Source: an uncultured Candidatus Saccharibacteria bacterium
GTDB lineage: Bacteria; Patescibacteriota; Saccharimonadia; Saccharimonadales; Saccharimonadaceae
Direction of reading: 5' to 3'
Assembly (NCBI GenBank): GCA_963515485.1
Contig: CAUPWD010000004.1
Location: 9,716-73,715 of the forward strand
Length of the DNA stretch: 64,000 nucleotides
Shown: positions 1 through 9,500 of the stretch, in pieces
Position numbering within the stretch: the stretch's first letter is position 1
How the letters are laid out: every line of letters starts with the position of its first letter
Made by a program: the position numbers and the translations under genes
The notes under the pieces: generated by a model
What the model was told of the DNA's origin: nothing
Seen by the model: the letters and a program-made list of their open reading frames with translations, nothing else
The model's database searches: none

Positions 1-1
1 C

Positions 2-376
2 GAACCATACGTTAAAGCCGTTGGTGATACTGATTTCATTATCAATACCACTAAGGGTATTTTGGAACATCAAGAAAAACTTGACCAAGAATTACATCCA
101 TTAGCACCAGAATGGCCACTTGCATCTATTGCCGCGATTGACCGTAATATTTTGCGCCTCGGGCTTTATGAGCTTGAAGCTCAAGCTGTGCCACCAAAAG
201 TTGCTATCAATGAATCCGTTGAATTAGCTAAGGCTTTTGGTTCGGAAAATTCATCCAAGTTCGTCAACGGTGTTCTCGGTACCGCTTACAAACAGCTTGG
301 GTTCGAGAAATCTGAAGGAACAAATGAACAATCAAAGACCAGTTCAGTCGAAGGTGAAAAACCTCAAGAAGACTAA
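2..376 (+). CDS. nusB: NusB antitermination factor, C-terminal part (5' end outside window)
   Basis: The frame is open from the window edge to TAA at 374-376. AIDRNILRLGLYEL, INESVELAKAFG and KFVNGVLG are NusB-like motifs. Confidence 0.8.
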   Translation, partial: EPYVKAVGDTDFIINTTKGILEHQEKLDQELHPLAPEWPLASIAAIDRNILRLGLYELEAQAVPPKVAINESVELAKAFGSENSSKFVNGVLGTAYKQLGFEKSEGTNEQSKTSSVEGEKPQED

Positions 377-926
377 ACCAAAGGCCAAAACTGATTCTCG
401 TCGCGCATTTACCCCCAAGACTCGAAATTCTCGCGACTCCAATCTTAAAAAACTTCAACAAAAAATTCTCAAGAAAAAACCAACCATCAAAGAAATTGTC
501 CGCGAACCGACCTCTGGTGGTATTGTTTTTAGATTGACCAAAGATAAAAAAGATATTGAAGTTTTACTCATCCAAGATTCGAAAAACCGTTGGACTATCC
601 CAAAAGGGCATATCGAGCCGGGTGAAACCGCAAAGCAGACCGCCATTCGCGAAATTGGCGAAGAAGCCGGTCTGAACCACATCCAAGTTCTCTCTTGGCT
701 CGGTAAAATCCACTTTAAGTATCGTCGTATTGATAAATTAGTGTTAATGACTACCCAGATTTATCTCGTACGCTCACTGGATACTACGGAGCGCCCAACC
801 AAAGAAAAATGGATGAATGGCATTAAATGGTTTAGTTTTCAGGATGCGATTAATGTGATTGAGTATGAAGATATTGAAAAACTCATGCTTATTGCCAAAA
901 AACGCATCCGTCAAGGAGAATATTAA
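324..926 (+). CDS. NUDIX hydrolase with basic N-terminal extension
   Basis: Nudix box GHIEPGETAKQTAIREIGEEAGL. ATG 324 follows GAAGGA and overlaps the nusB 3' end by 53 nt. No other start codon occurs before residue ~95 of the track ORF. Confidence 0.75.
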   Translation: MNNQRPVQSKVKNLKKTKPKAKTDSRRAFTPKTRNSRDSNLKKLQQKILKKKPTIKEIVREPTSGGIVFRLTKDKKDIEVLLIQDSKNRWTIPKGHIEPGETAKQTAIREIGEEAGLNHIQVLSWLGKIHFKYRRIDKLVLMTTQIYLVRSLDTTERPTKEKWMNGIKWFSFQDAINVIEYEDIEKLMLIAKKRIRQGEY

Positions 927-996
927 ATAAATTTGAGTTTCTCAGGATACTTGAAAAAACATTTCAAGTATCCAAAAGATTCCCAAGAAAGTAGTT

Positions 997-1863
997 ATGG
1001 AACAAGAAATAAATCTTGCTGATTATCAAATTAATATCGCGGATATTAGGCAACATATTGACGAGGTAGCGATTAACAAAACCAAAAAACAACCTCAAAA
1101 TGCCGAAGAATTTACTGCCGATACCAAGGCTCTCTATGCCAACTTCGCCAAAGAAAAAATGGGTATCGAATTTAAGGATATTTCACTTTTTATTACCGCC
1201 CTCACTCACCGAAGTTATGTCAATGAACATAAAAAGGCCCACATTGAGCACAATGAACGTCTAGAGTTTCTCGGCGATGCGATTTTAGAGCTAGTGACCT
1301 CTGATTTTCTTTACCGTAATTTTACCGAACCAGAGGGAATTATGACGGCTTGGCGTTCCGCCTTGGTGCGCACTGAGTCTATTGGTCGCGCCTCTACTGA
1401 AATTGGCTATCTTCATCTCATTCGTCTCTCGAAAGGTGAAAAGCTCGGTAGCGATCGCACTCATGCCTCAATTATTGCCGACTGTTTTGAAGCGGTGGCG
1501 GGTGCAATCTATCTCGATCAGGGCTATCTGCGCGCTAAGCAGTTCATTTATCAGCACATTCTGACTAAAATGGACGAAATCATCGTCAATGAATCTTGGC
1601 GTGACTCGAAGAGCTATTTGCAAGAATTAGCTCAAAAAACCGATGGCGCTACCCCTCAATATCACGTGATTAAGGAAGAAGGCCCAGATCATGATCGTGT
1701 CTTCTCGGTTAACGTAGTGGTCGCAGGTCATATTCGTGGTACTGGTTCCGGACATAGCAAGCAAGAGGCTCAATCTAATGCTGCCGCCGAAGGTATTAAA
1801 TATTACAAAAAACACCTCGGCAATCAACTTCCTGCCACTGGCCGCCTCACTCTTCGCAAATAA
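997..1863 (+). CDS. rnc: Ribonuclease III
   Basis: RNase III signature ERLEFLGDAILELV plus a C-terminal dsRBD-like segment (SKSYLQELAQK...GSGHSKQEAQSNAA). Confidence 0.9.
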   Translation: MEQEINLADYQINIADIRQHIDEVAINKTKKQPQNAEEFTADTKALYANFAKEKMGIEFKDISLFITALTHRSYVNEHKKAHIEHNERLEFLGDAILELVTSDFLYRNFTEPEGIMTAWRSALVRTESIGRASTEIGYLHLIRLSKGEKLGSDRTHASIIADCFEAVAGAIYLDQGYLRAKQFIYQHILTKMDEIIVNESWRDSKSYLQELAQKTDGATPQYHVIKEEGPDHDRVFSVNVVVAGHIRGTGSGHSKQEAQSNAAAEGIKYYKKHLGNQLPATGRLTLRK

Positions 1864-1962
1864 TTTATCATCCAGATCACGTATAAGCCTCATTGCTTTT
1901 TGAATAATTTGCAATTTTTCAAAAAATCAGTTAAAATATTTAAAATTAATTAAGGAGAAAAC

Positions 1963-2295
1963 ATGCTCGCGATTCGTATGCAGCGTAATGGTCGTACTCA
2001 CTACCCAACATTTCGACTAGTCGTCCAAGAATCCCAGCGTCATCCACTTTCTGGACGCGTTGTGGCTGAGGTCGGCAATTACAATCCAGAAACTAAGAAA
2101 ACTACCCTCGACAAAGAAAAGGTCGAGTTCTACCTCAAGAATGGTGCTCAACCATCTACCCGTGTAGCTCGCATCTTGAAGATCGAAGGTGTCAAACTTC
2201 CTGACTGGGTCAAGGAACCTACCAAGAAGCAAAAAGCTCCAAAGCACGCAGACAAGCTCCGCAAGAATCAACCAAAAGAAGAAGCTGAAGCTTAA
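1963..2295 (+). CDS. rpsP: 30S ribosomal protein S16 (bS16)
   Basis: MLAIRMQRNGRTHYPTFRLVV N-terminus is typical of S16. GGAG RBS upstream. Confidence 0.92.
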   Translation: MLAIRMQRNGRTHYPTFRLVVQESQRHPLSGRVVAEVGNYNPETKKTTLDKEKVEFYLKNGAQPSTRVARILKIEGVKLPDWVKEPTKKQKAPKHADKLRKNQPKEEAEA

Positions 2296-2305
2296 TTTTC
2301 TTAAA

Positions 2306-2331
2306 AACGCTCCGAAGAGGGGCGTTTTTTT
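2306..2331 (+). terminator. Intrinsic terminator after rpsP
   Basis: 8-bp stem AACGCTCC/GGGGCGTT with a 5-nt loop, followed by a T7 run. Confidence 0.75.
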
Positions 2332-2375
2332 ACCAAAAGTGCTATAATATAACCATAAACTTAACCGGAGAACCT

Positions 2376-2756
2376 ATGTCAACCATTGACCAACAATTTG
2401 TCGAATTTATCGTAAAAACTCTTGTCAGTAATCCAGAAAAAGTCGCTATTAATCGCGTTATTGATGAAAAAGGTGTCTTGCTTTCACTTTCCGTTGACCC
2501 AGAAGATGTCGGTCGCGTCATTGGTCGTCGTGGTGCTACCGCTCAATCTATTCGCACTCTGCTTCGCGCTCTTGGTACGAAGAATGATGCCCGCTACAAT
2601 CTCAAGATTGTTAACACTGACGAATTAGACGGTGAAGGCGAACCTACTGCCGCTCGCACTGTCGCTGATTACGATGATGAAGCTGAAACAGAAAACGACG
2701 GCCTCGCTGAGAAGACCCGTGCTGAACTCGCCGATCTCGATGATCTCGAAGTCTAA
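2376..2756 (+). CDS. KH-domain RNA-binding protein (UPF0109/KhpA-like) with acidic C-terminal tail
   Basis: The VGRVIGRRGATAQSIRTLLRA motif (GxxG KH core) and its position after rpsP are as in many bacteria. Confidence 0.8.
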   Translation: MSTIDQQFVEFIVKTLVSNPEKVAINRVIDEKGVLLSLSVDPEDVGRVIGRRGATAQSIRTLLRALGTKNDARYNLKIVNTDELDGEGEPTAARTVADYDDEAETENDGLAEKTRAELADLDDLEV

Positions 2757-2782
2757 TTGGCCTTAAAATAGTTAAACTGAAA

Positions 2783-2808
2783 ATACCCCGCAAAATGGGG
2801 TATTTTTC
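2783..2808 (+). terminator. Intrinsic terminator after KH gene
   Basis: ATACCCCG-loop-TGGGGTAT stem followed by a T run. Confidence 0.75.
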
Positions 2809-2821
2809 TTGCTAAATTCTC

Positions 2822-2850
2822 TTGACAATCAATATCATAATGGTTATACT
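2822..2850 (+). promoter_or_regulatory. Sigma70-like promoter (TTGACA-17-TATACT)
   Basis: Consensus -35 TTGACA at 2822-2827, a 17-nt spacer, and TATACT at 2845-2850. Confidence 0.6.
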
Positions 2851-2856
2851 AAATAT

Positions 2857-2956
2857 AGTTCAATTTTTGAACGAAGCCTAACTGCGAGTCGGCTTACATA
2901 AAACAAGTTGAGAGCTTATATGTTCAAAAATCCCACCCGAAATCAGGTGGTTTTTT
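2857..2956 (+). ncRNA. Candidate small RNA (orphan promoter-to-terminator unit, ~100 nt)
   Basis: Lies between the promoter at 2822-2850 and the terminator CCACC-loop-GGTGG+T6 (2933-2956). It has internal hairpins (GTTCAA/TTGAAC, AAGCC/GGCTT). The only ORF is a 12-codon one. Confidence 0.4.
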
Positions 2957-2980
2957 GATTCTAAAAATCAGAAATACCCC

Positions 2981-3009
2981 TTGAAAAAATCTCTAAAATG
3001 CGTTAAAAT
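2981..3009 (+). promoter_or_regulatory. Putative rpoBC promoter (TTGAAA-17-TAAAAT)
   Basis: TTGAAA at 2981-2986, a 17-nt spacer, and TAAAAT at 3004-3009. This leaves a 5' UTR of about 110 nt before the rpoB GTG. Confidence 0.55.
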
Positions 3010-3127
3010 GGCTACAAGAAGTAGTGTGCCTACTATTAACATGTCTTTTTATTTTAGCGAGGTGGAAGGACATAAGTGGCAGTAATCTTCGGCGCTAAAG
3101 ATTATCAACACTAAATAAGAGGGAAAA

Positions 3128-6100
3128 GTGAGTAAAAATAGTACCATTCCAGATGGCAATCGTGTCTTTTTCACCGAAGGAGACAAATTGCCTATCCCTG
3201 ATCTTACTGCACATCAGAAAGATTCATGGGAAGAATTTGTACGTTCGGGTCTACGCGAAGTTTTCACCGAACTCAATCCAATTGATGACTATACTGGTCA
3301 GAAATTGTCACTAAAGTTTAAAGATTATGAATTTAAGGCTCCAAAACACACCATTCAGGAAGCCAAATATAATCTTGAAACCTACGAAGCTCCTTTGCAC
3401 GTCAAAGCTGAACTTCAAAACAAAGTCACCGGCGAAGTCGTCGAACAGGAAATTTACTTCGGTAATTATCCATGGATGACTGACCGTGCCACCTTCATCA
3501 TTAATGGTACTGAGCGTGTAATCGTTTCTCAGTTGATTCGTTCAGCTGGTGTCTTTTTCACTGCCGAAACCATTGGCATGAAGCGCTATTACGGTGCTAA
3601 GGTGATTCCAGGTCGTGGTGCATGGCTTGAATTCGAGACTGCGCCAAATGGTTGTATCTACGTGAAGATCGACCGCCGTCGTAAAATCCCAGTTACCACC
3701 CTTCTTCGCGCTCTTGGCGTTGTGAAGGATGCTGATATTAAGGCGAAATTCGAAAATGTCGACACTGGTGCGATTAATTACATCGATTCTACTATCGATA
3801 AGGATACTACCAGCTCTCAAGCTGCTGCCCTTCTCGAAGTTTATCGTCGTCTCCGCCCAGGTGACTTGGCTACCGTCGAAAACGCTCGTTCCATGGTCGA
3901 ACGCACTTTCTTCGACTACAAGCGTTATGACTACTCTCGTGTCGGTCGTTTCAAGATTAACCAACGCCTTGGTTTCGACACCCCTAACGACAGTACTCAC
4001 CGTACTTTGCAAATGGATGATCTCGTGGCGATTATCGCCGAAATCATTCGCTTGAATAATACTCAAGAACCAGCTGATGATATCGATTCACTCTCTAACC
4101 GCCGTGTACGCATGGTTGGTGAACTCGTTCAACGTCAATTCCGCCTTGGTATGCTTCGTTTGCAACGTAATATCTTAGACCGTATGTCTATGGTTGACGC
4201 TAAAGAAAAAGTTACTCCATCTCAGCTTCTTAACCCACGTCCAGTGGTCGCTGCAGTTCGTGAATTTTTCAGTACCTCTCAGCTTTCTCAGCTAATGGAT
4301 TCTTACAACCCATTCGGCGAGCTTGCCCACAAGCGTCGTCTATCATCTATGGGTCCTGGTGGTCTCACTCGTGAACGCGCCGGTTTCGATGTGCGTGATA
4401 CTCACCCTACCCACTACGGTCGCATCTGTACTGTAGAAACCCCAGAAGGTGGTAACGTGGGTCTCGTTTTGAACCTCGCTACCTATGCTCGTATTAACGA
4501 ATATGGCTTCATTGAAGCTCCATATGTCGTCGTAAAAAACGGTAAAGTCACCGACGAAGTTATCTATGTCGACGCTAGTGTCGAACGTGATATGGTGATC
4601 GCTGATACCTCTGTAAAATTGAACGCCAAAGGCGAATTTGAAGACGAATGGGTTTCCGCTCGTGTGAATGGTCAGCCAGTTCAGGTAGAATCTGCTAAGG
4701 TTACCCACGTCGATGCCGCACATAAGGAAATTCTCGGTATTTCTGCCGCTCTGATTCCATTCGTGGAAAAGAACCGTGTTGACCGTGCACTCATGGGTTG
4801 TGCCATGCAGAAACAGGCTGTGCCTCTTCTCCGCAATCAAGCTCCAACTGTTGGTACCGGTATTGAAAACGATATTGCTCGTGCCACTTCTCAGTTGATC
4901 GTTGCCGAAGGTGATGGTGTAGTTGAAAAGGCTGACGGTCAATCCGTCATCGTCAAATACGCTGACAAAACTTCTAAGGAATACTTTGTTGAGCATTTCG
5001 AACAAACCAACTCTGATCAATGTTACAACCAACGCTGTGTGGCGGTTCGTGGTCAAAAAGTTAAAGCTGGCGACACTCTTATCGAAGGCGCTTCTCTTGA
5101 AAATAATGAACTCGCTCTCGGCCGCAACCTTCTCGTTGCCTTCATGCCATGGCGTGGTTACAACATGGATGACGCTATCGTGATTTCTCGCAAGCTTGTC
5201 GAAGATGATACTTTGACCTCTATCAATATTAAAGATTTCGACGTAGAAGTTCGTGAAACCAAACTTGGTCCAGAACAGGTTACTCGTGATATCCCTAACG
5301 TTTCCGAGCACGCTCTTCGCCACCTCGGTGAAGACGGTATCGTGACTGTAGGTTCCGAAGTCAAAAACGGCGACATTCTCGTCGGTAAAATCACCCCTAA
5401 GGGTGAACAAGAACTCAGTTCCGAAGAGCGCCTTCTTCGCGCTATCTTCGGTGAAAAAGCCAAAGATGTCCGTGATACTTCCGTTCGTATGAGTGGTGGT
5501 ACTTCCGGTAAAGTTATCGGCGTCCGCATTTACACTCGTGAACAAGGTCATGAACTTAAGGCTGGCGTTCTCATGCAGATCAAAATCTACGTTGCTGAAA
5601 TGCGCAAGATCCAGGTCGGTGATAAGATGGCCGGTCGTTACGGTAACAAGGGTGTAGTTTCCCGCGTACTTAACGTCGAAGATATGCCATTCATGGCTGA
5701 TGGTACCCCAATCGATGTCCTACTTTCTCCAATGGGTGTGCCTTCTCGTATGAATCTCGGTCAGCTTTATGAAATCCACATCGGTATGGCTGCTCGTATT
5801 CTTGGTTACAAGGTTGCCACCCCATCCTTTAACGGTATCCCTGATGAAGTTATTTCAAAGGAGCTTGAAAAGGCTGGTATTGATAGCAATGGTCGTACCC
5901 AACTTTATGATGGTCTCACCGGTGAACCATTCCACGAGAAGACCGCAGTTGGTGTGATGCACATGATTAAGCTTCACCACATGGTCGAAGACAAGATTCA
6001 CGCTCGTTCGACTGGTCCTTACACTATGGTTACCCAACAACCTCTCGGTGGTAAGGCTCAAAACGGTGGTCAGCGTTTCGGAGAAATGGAAGTTTGGGCT

Positions 6101-6520
6101 CTTGAAGCTTACGGTGCTGCCAGCATCCTTCAAGAAATGCTCACAATCAAGTCTGATGACGTTTACGGTCGTGCCAAGGCGTACGAATCCATTATTAAGA
6201 ATGAACCAATTCAAGGCCCTAAGCTTCCTGAAGGTTTCAATGTCTTAGTCAAGGAACTTCAAGGTCTCGGTCTTAAGGTTGATCTTCTCGACAATGGGGA
6301 AGCACGTGATGCCGACTCTGTAATCGAAGACACCTCTCGTGAAATTGAACGCGCTCAAGATGACCGCCAAATTTACGCTAGACACAATGTTCATATTGAA
6401 GATGACAGTAATGATACCATCGATCTTACTGAAGAAGAAACTGAAGAAGCATTAACTGAAGATGGAATATCAATAACAGAAGGAGACGACGACAATGTCG
6501 ATCTCGGAGAGGAGCTCTAA
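3128..6520 (+). CDS. rpoB: DNA-directed RNA polymerase subunit beta
   Basis: 1130 aa with a GTG start after AGAGGGA. Conserved RpoB blocks are present (FFGSSQLSQFMD-like STSQLSQLMD, GRYGNKGVVS, KLHHMVEDKIHARSTGPY). Confidence 0.98.
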   Translation: MSKNSTIPDGNRVFFTEGDKLPIPDLTAHQKDSWEEFVRSGLREVFTELNPIDDYTGQKLSLKFKDYEFKAPKHTIQEAKYNLETYEAPLHVKAELQNKVTGEVVEQEIYFGNYPWMTDRATFIINGTERVIVSQLIRSAGVFFTAETIGMKRYYGAKVIPGRGAWLEFETAPNGCIYVKIDRRRKIPVTTLLRALGVVKDADIKAKFENVDTGAINYIDSTIDKDTTSSQAAALLEVYRRLRPGDLATVENARSMVERTFFDYKRYDYSRVGRFKINQRLGFDTPNDSTHRTLQMDDLVAIIAEIIRLNNTQEPADDIDSLSNRRVRMVGELVQRQFRLGMLRLQRNILDRMSMVDAKEKVTPSQLLNPRPVVAAVREFFSTSQLSQLMDSYNPFGELAHKRRLSSMGPGGLTRERAGFDVRDTHPTHYGRICTVETPEGGNVGLVLNLATYARINEYGFIEAPYVVVKNGKVTDEVIYVDASVERDMVIADTSVKLNAKGEFEDEWVSARVNGQPVQVESAKVTHVDAAHKEILGISAALIPFVEKNRVDRALMGCAMQKQAVPLLRNQAPTVGTGIENDIARATSQLIVAEGDGVVEKADGQSVIVKYADKTSKEYFVEHFEQTNSDQCYNQRCVAVRGQKVKAGDTLIEGASLENNELALGRNLLVAFMPWRGYNMDDAIVISRKLVEDDTLTSINIKDFDVEVRETKLGPEQVTRDIPNVSEHALRHLGEDGIVTVGSEVKNGDILVGKITPKGEQELSSEERLLRAIFGEKAKDVRDTSVRMSGGTSGKVIGVRIYTREQGHELKAGVLMQIKIYVAEMRKIQVGDKMAGRYGNKGVVSRVLNVEDMPFMADGTPIDVLLSPMGVPSRMNLGQLYEIHIGMAARILGYKVATPSFNGIPDEVISKELEKAGIDSNGRTQLYDGLTGEPFHEKTAVGVMHMIKLHHMVEDKIHARSTGPYTMVTQQPLGGKAQNGGQRFGEMEVWALEAYGAASILQEMLTIKSDDVYGRAKAYESIIKNEPIQGPKLPEGFNVLVKELQGLGLKVDLLDNGEARDADSVIEDTSREIERAQDDRQIYARHNVHIEDDSNDTIDLTEEETEEALTEDGISITEGDDDNVDLGEEL

Positions 6521-6523
6521 AAT

Positions 6524-9500
6524 ATGGCTTGGATGGATAATTATATCTCAGCCAGCGACTTCGATTCAATTCGTCTTTGCGTAGCAAGCGCCGAAGACAT
6601 CTTGAGCTGGAGTTATGGTGAAGTATTGAAGCCAGAAACCATCAATTATCGTACTCAGAAACCTGAGCGTGATGGCTTATTCTGTGAGCGTATCTTTGGT
6701 CCAGTCAAAGATATCAACCCACATGATAGTAAACTTAAAGGTGTCCGCTCTCGTGAAGCCGCCGTCGATAAAGAAGGTAACTTAGTCACCAAATCTATCG
6801 CTCGTCGTGAACGTATGGGCCACATCAAACTCGCTGCCCCAGTTGCTCACATCTGGTTTATGCGTGGCACCCCATCTGCTTTGAGTCTTTTGCTTGACCT
6901 CACCGTCAAGTCGATCGAAAAAGTCGTTTACTTCGCTTCTTACCTCATCATTAATGCTGATGACGCTAAGATTGAACAAGTTAAAGGCGATTTGATCGCT
7001 CAACACGATGCTGCAATTCAAGCTATTAAGATTCGTTACTCTGAAGCTGCTAAGGCTGAAGGGGCTAACGCTGAAACCTTGGCTAATGAAGAAGCCAAAG
7101 AGCTTGAAGCCTTGGATGCTGACTTCTATTCTCGCAAGAATATTCTTGAAGGTTTGAAAAAGGGTGCCGTCATTTCTGAAATTGATTACCGCAACCTTCC
7201 AGAAGAATACGAAGAACTTGTCACTGTTAAGATGGGTGCTCAGGCCATTCGTGAATTGCTCGAAGAGATTGATCTTGATGCCATGATCGAAGATCTTTCT
7301 GCGCAAGCTGAAGATGCTAAGGGTCAAAAGGAACGCAAACTTATCAAGCGTATTAAATTGCTTGAAGGTATGAAGAATTCCAACATTAAACCAGTGGATC
7401 TTGTCTTGACGGTTATTCCAGTCATTCCACCAGATCTCCGTCCAATGATTTCACTGCCTGGTGGTCGTTTCGCGACTTCCGATCTTAACGATCTTTATCG
7501 CCGCGTGATTAACCGTAACAACCGTTTGAAGAAATTGCTCGACCTCAATGCGCCAGAAGTAATTATTCATAACGAAATGCGTATGCTCCAAGAAGCGGTT
7601 GATGCTTTAATTGACAATAACGCCAACCATGGTCGTCAAGCCAGCTCCCAAAATGGTCGCCGTAAACTTAAATCCCTCTCTGATCTTCTTAAAGGTAAGC
7701 AGGGTCGCTTCCGTCAAAACCTTCTTGGTAAGCGTGTCGACTACTCCGGTCGTTCGGTGATCGTCATTGGTCCTGAACTCAAGCTTAATGAATGTGGTTT
7801 GCCAAAACTCATGGCTCTTGAGCTCTTCAAACCTTTCGTAGTTTCTTGGTTACTTTCTCACGAATACGCTGCCAACTCTCGCGCCGCTTCTCGCATGATT
7901 GACGCCAAAGAATCTGTAGTTTGGGATGCTCTCGACGAAGTTATTCAAGGTCGCTATGTGCTCTTGAACCGTGCTCCGTCTCTTCACCGTCTATCTATTC
8001 AAGCTTTCCAACCAAAGCTCGTGGATGGTATGGCCCTCAAGCTTCACCCACTCGTAGCTTCCGGCTTTAACGCTGATTACGACGGTGACCAAATGGCCGT
8101 CCACCTTCCTCTCTCTGATGAAGCTCAGCAGGAAGCAAAAACTTTGATGTCGGCTGCCAGCAACCTCTTGAAGCCAGCTGATGGTTCTCCAGTACTTTCG
8201 ATCTACCAGGATATCGTACTTGGTGCTTACTACCTCACTTACGATAAGCCAGGTACCGAATCAGAAACCCCACGCGCTTATAGCTCAGTTTATGAAGCTG
8301 AAATGGCTTACGAATCTGGTGATATCGCTCTTCAGACCCCGATTCGTGTATTCGCTAAGAAAGCGATTCGAAACACCACGCTCGGTCGCGTCTTCTTCAA
8401 CGAAATCTTGCCAGAAGATTACCCATTTGATAATGGTATTCAAACTTCTAAGCATTTGAAGAAGGTCATGGCTGACATCTTCAATCTTTATGGCGCCGAT
8501 GAGACGGTGCGTATTGCTGACGAACTCAAGGCTCTCTCCTTCGAGTACGAAACCATCGCTTCCATCTCGACCTGTAAGGATGACTACCCAACCTACCCAG
8601 AAATCCAAGACTTCATCGCCAAGGGTGACGCTAAGACTGCACTTATTCAAGATCAGTACAACCAAGGCCTCCTCACCGACGAAGAACGCTACTCTTTGAC
8701 CGTAGCTAACTGGCGTGAAATCGATACCGAAATTTCTAACTTCCTTAAGGCTAAACTTGCAACTATGGATACCGACATTGCTGTGATGACCAACTCTGGT
8801 GCTCGTGGTTCTGTCTCTGGTATCAAGATTGCTTCCGCCGAAATCGGTATCATGGTGGATATCTTCAACCGTGAAATCGAACTTCCAGTTAAGTCTAGCT
8901 ATAAGAAGGGTCTTAACACTCTTGAATCCTTCATCGCTACTCGTGGTGCTCGTCAAGGTATGGTCTCGACCGCTCTCCGTACTGCCGACTCTGGTTATCT
9001 CACTCGTCGTCTTGTCGATGTGGCCCAGGATGTCTTTACCGTCGATAAGCCAAACGATGATCCAGGTTTCGAAATCTTCAAATCTGAAACTGAACATACT
9101 GGTATTGAATTTGCTCAACGCATTGCTGGTCGCTTCGCTGCTGAAACCGTCCCAGGTTATCTCGAAGCTGATGAACTCATCACTCGTGAAGTTGCCGAGC
9201 AAATTGCCGAAGATGAAAATATCGAATCAATCAAAATTCAATCTGTTCTCACTACCAAGAGTATTAACGGTGTACCTCGTAAGGCTTACGGTGTCGACCT
9301 CGCCACTCGTAAACTTATCGAACCAAACCAACCAATCGGCGTGATTGCTGCTCAATCTCTCGGTGAACTTGGTACTCAGCTTACCCTTGATACCAAGCAC
9401 AGCTCCGGCGTCGCAGGTTCTGGTGCTATCGCCCGTGGTCTCCCTCGTGTGGAAGAGCTTCTCGAAGCCCGTTCACCAAAGGGTCAAGCTTGGATTGCTC

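Noticed and set aside
4343-5551. Long antisense or alternative-frame ORFs inside rpoB, rpoC, secY, glyA, ribosomal genes and others (for example the 402-aa ORF on the minus strand of rpoB and 8285-9202 in rpoC).
   Set aside because: They lie entirely within strongly supported genes, lack RBS or promoter context, and have compositionally odd translations. They are typical shadow ORFs.
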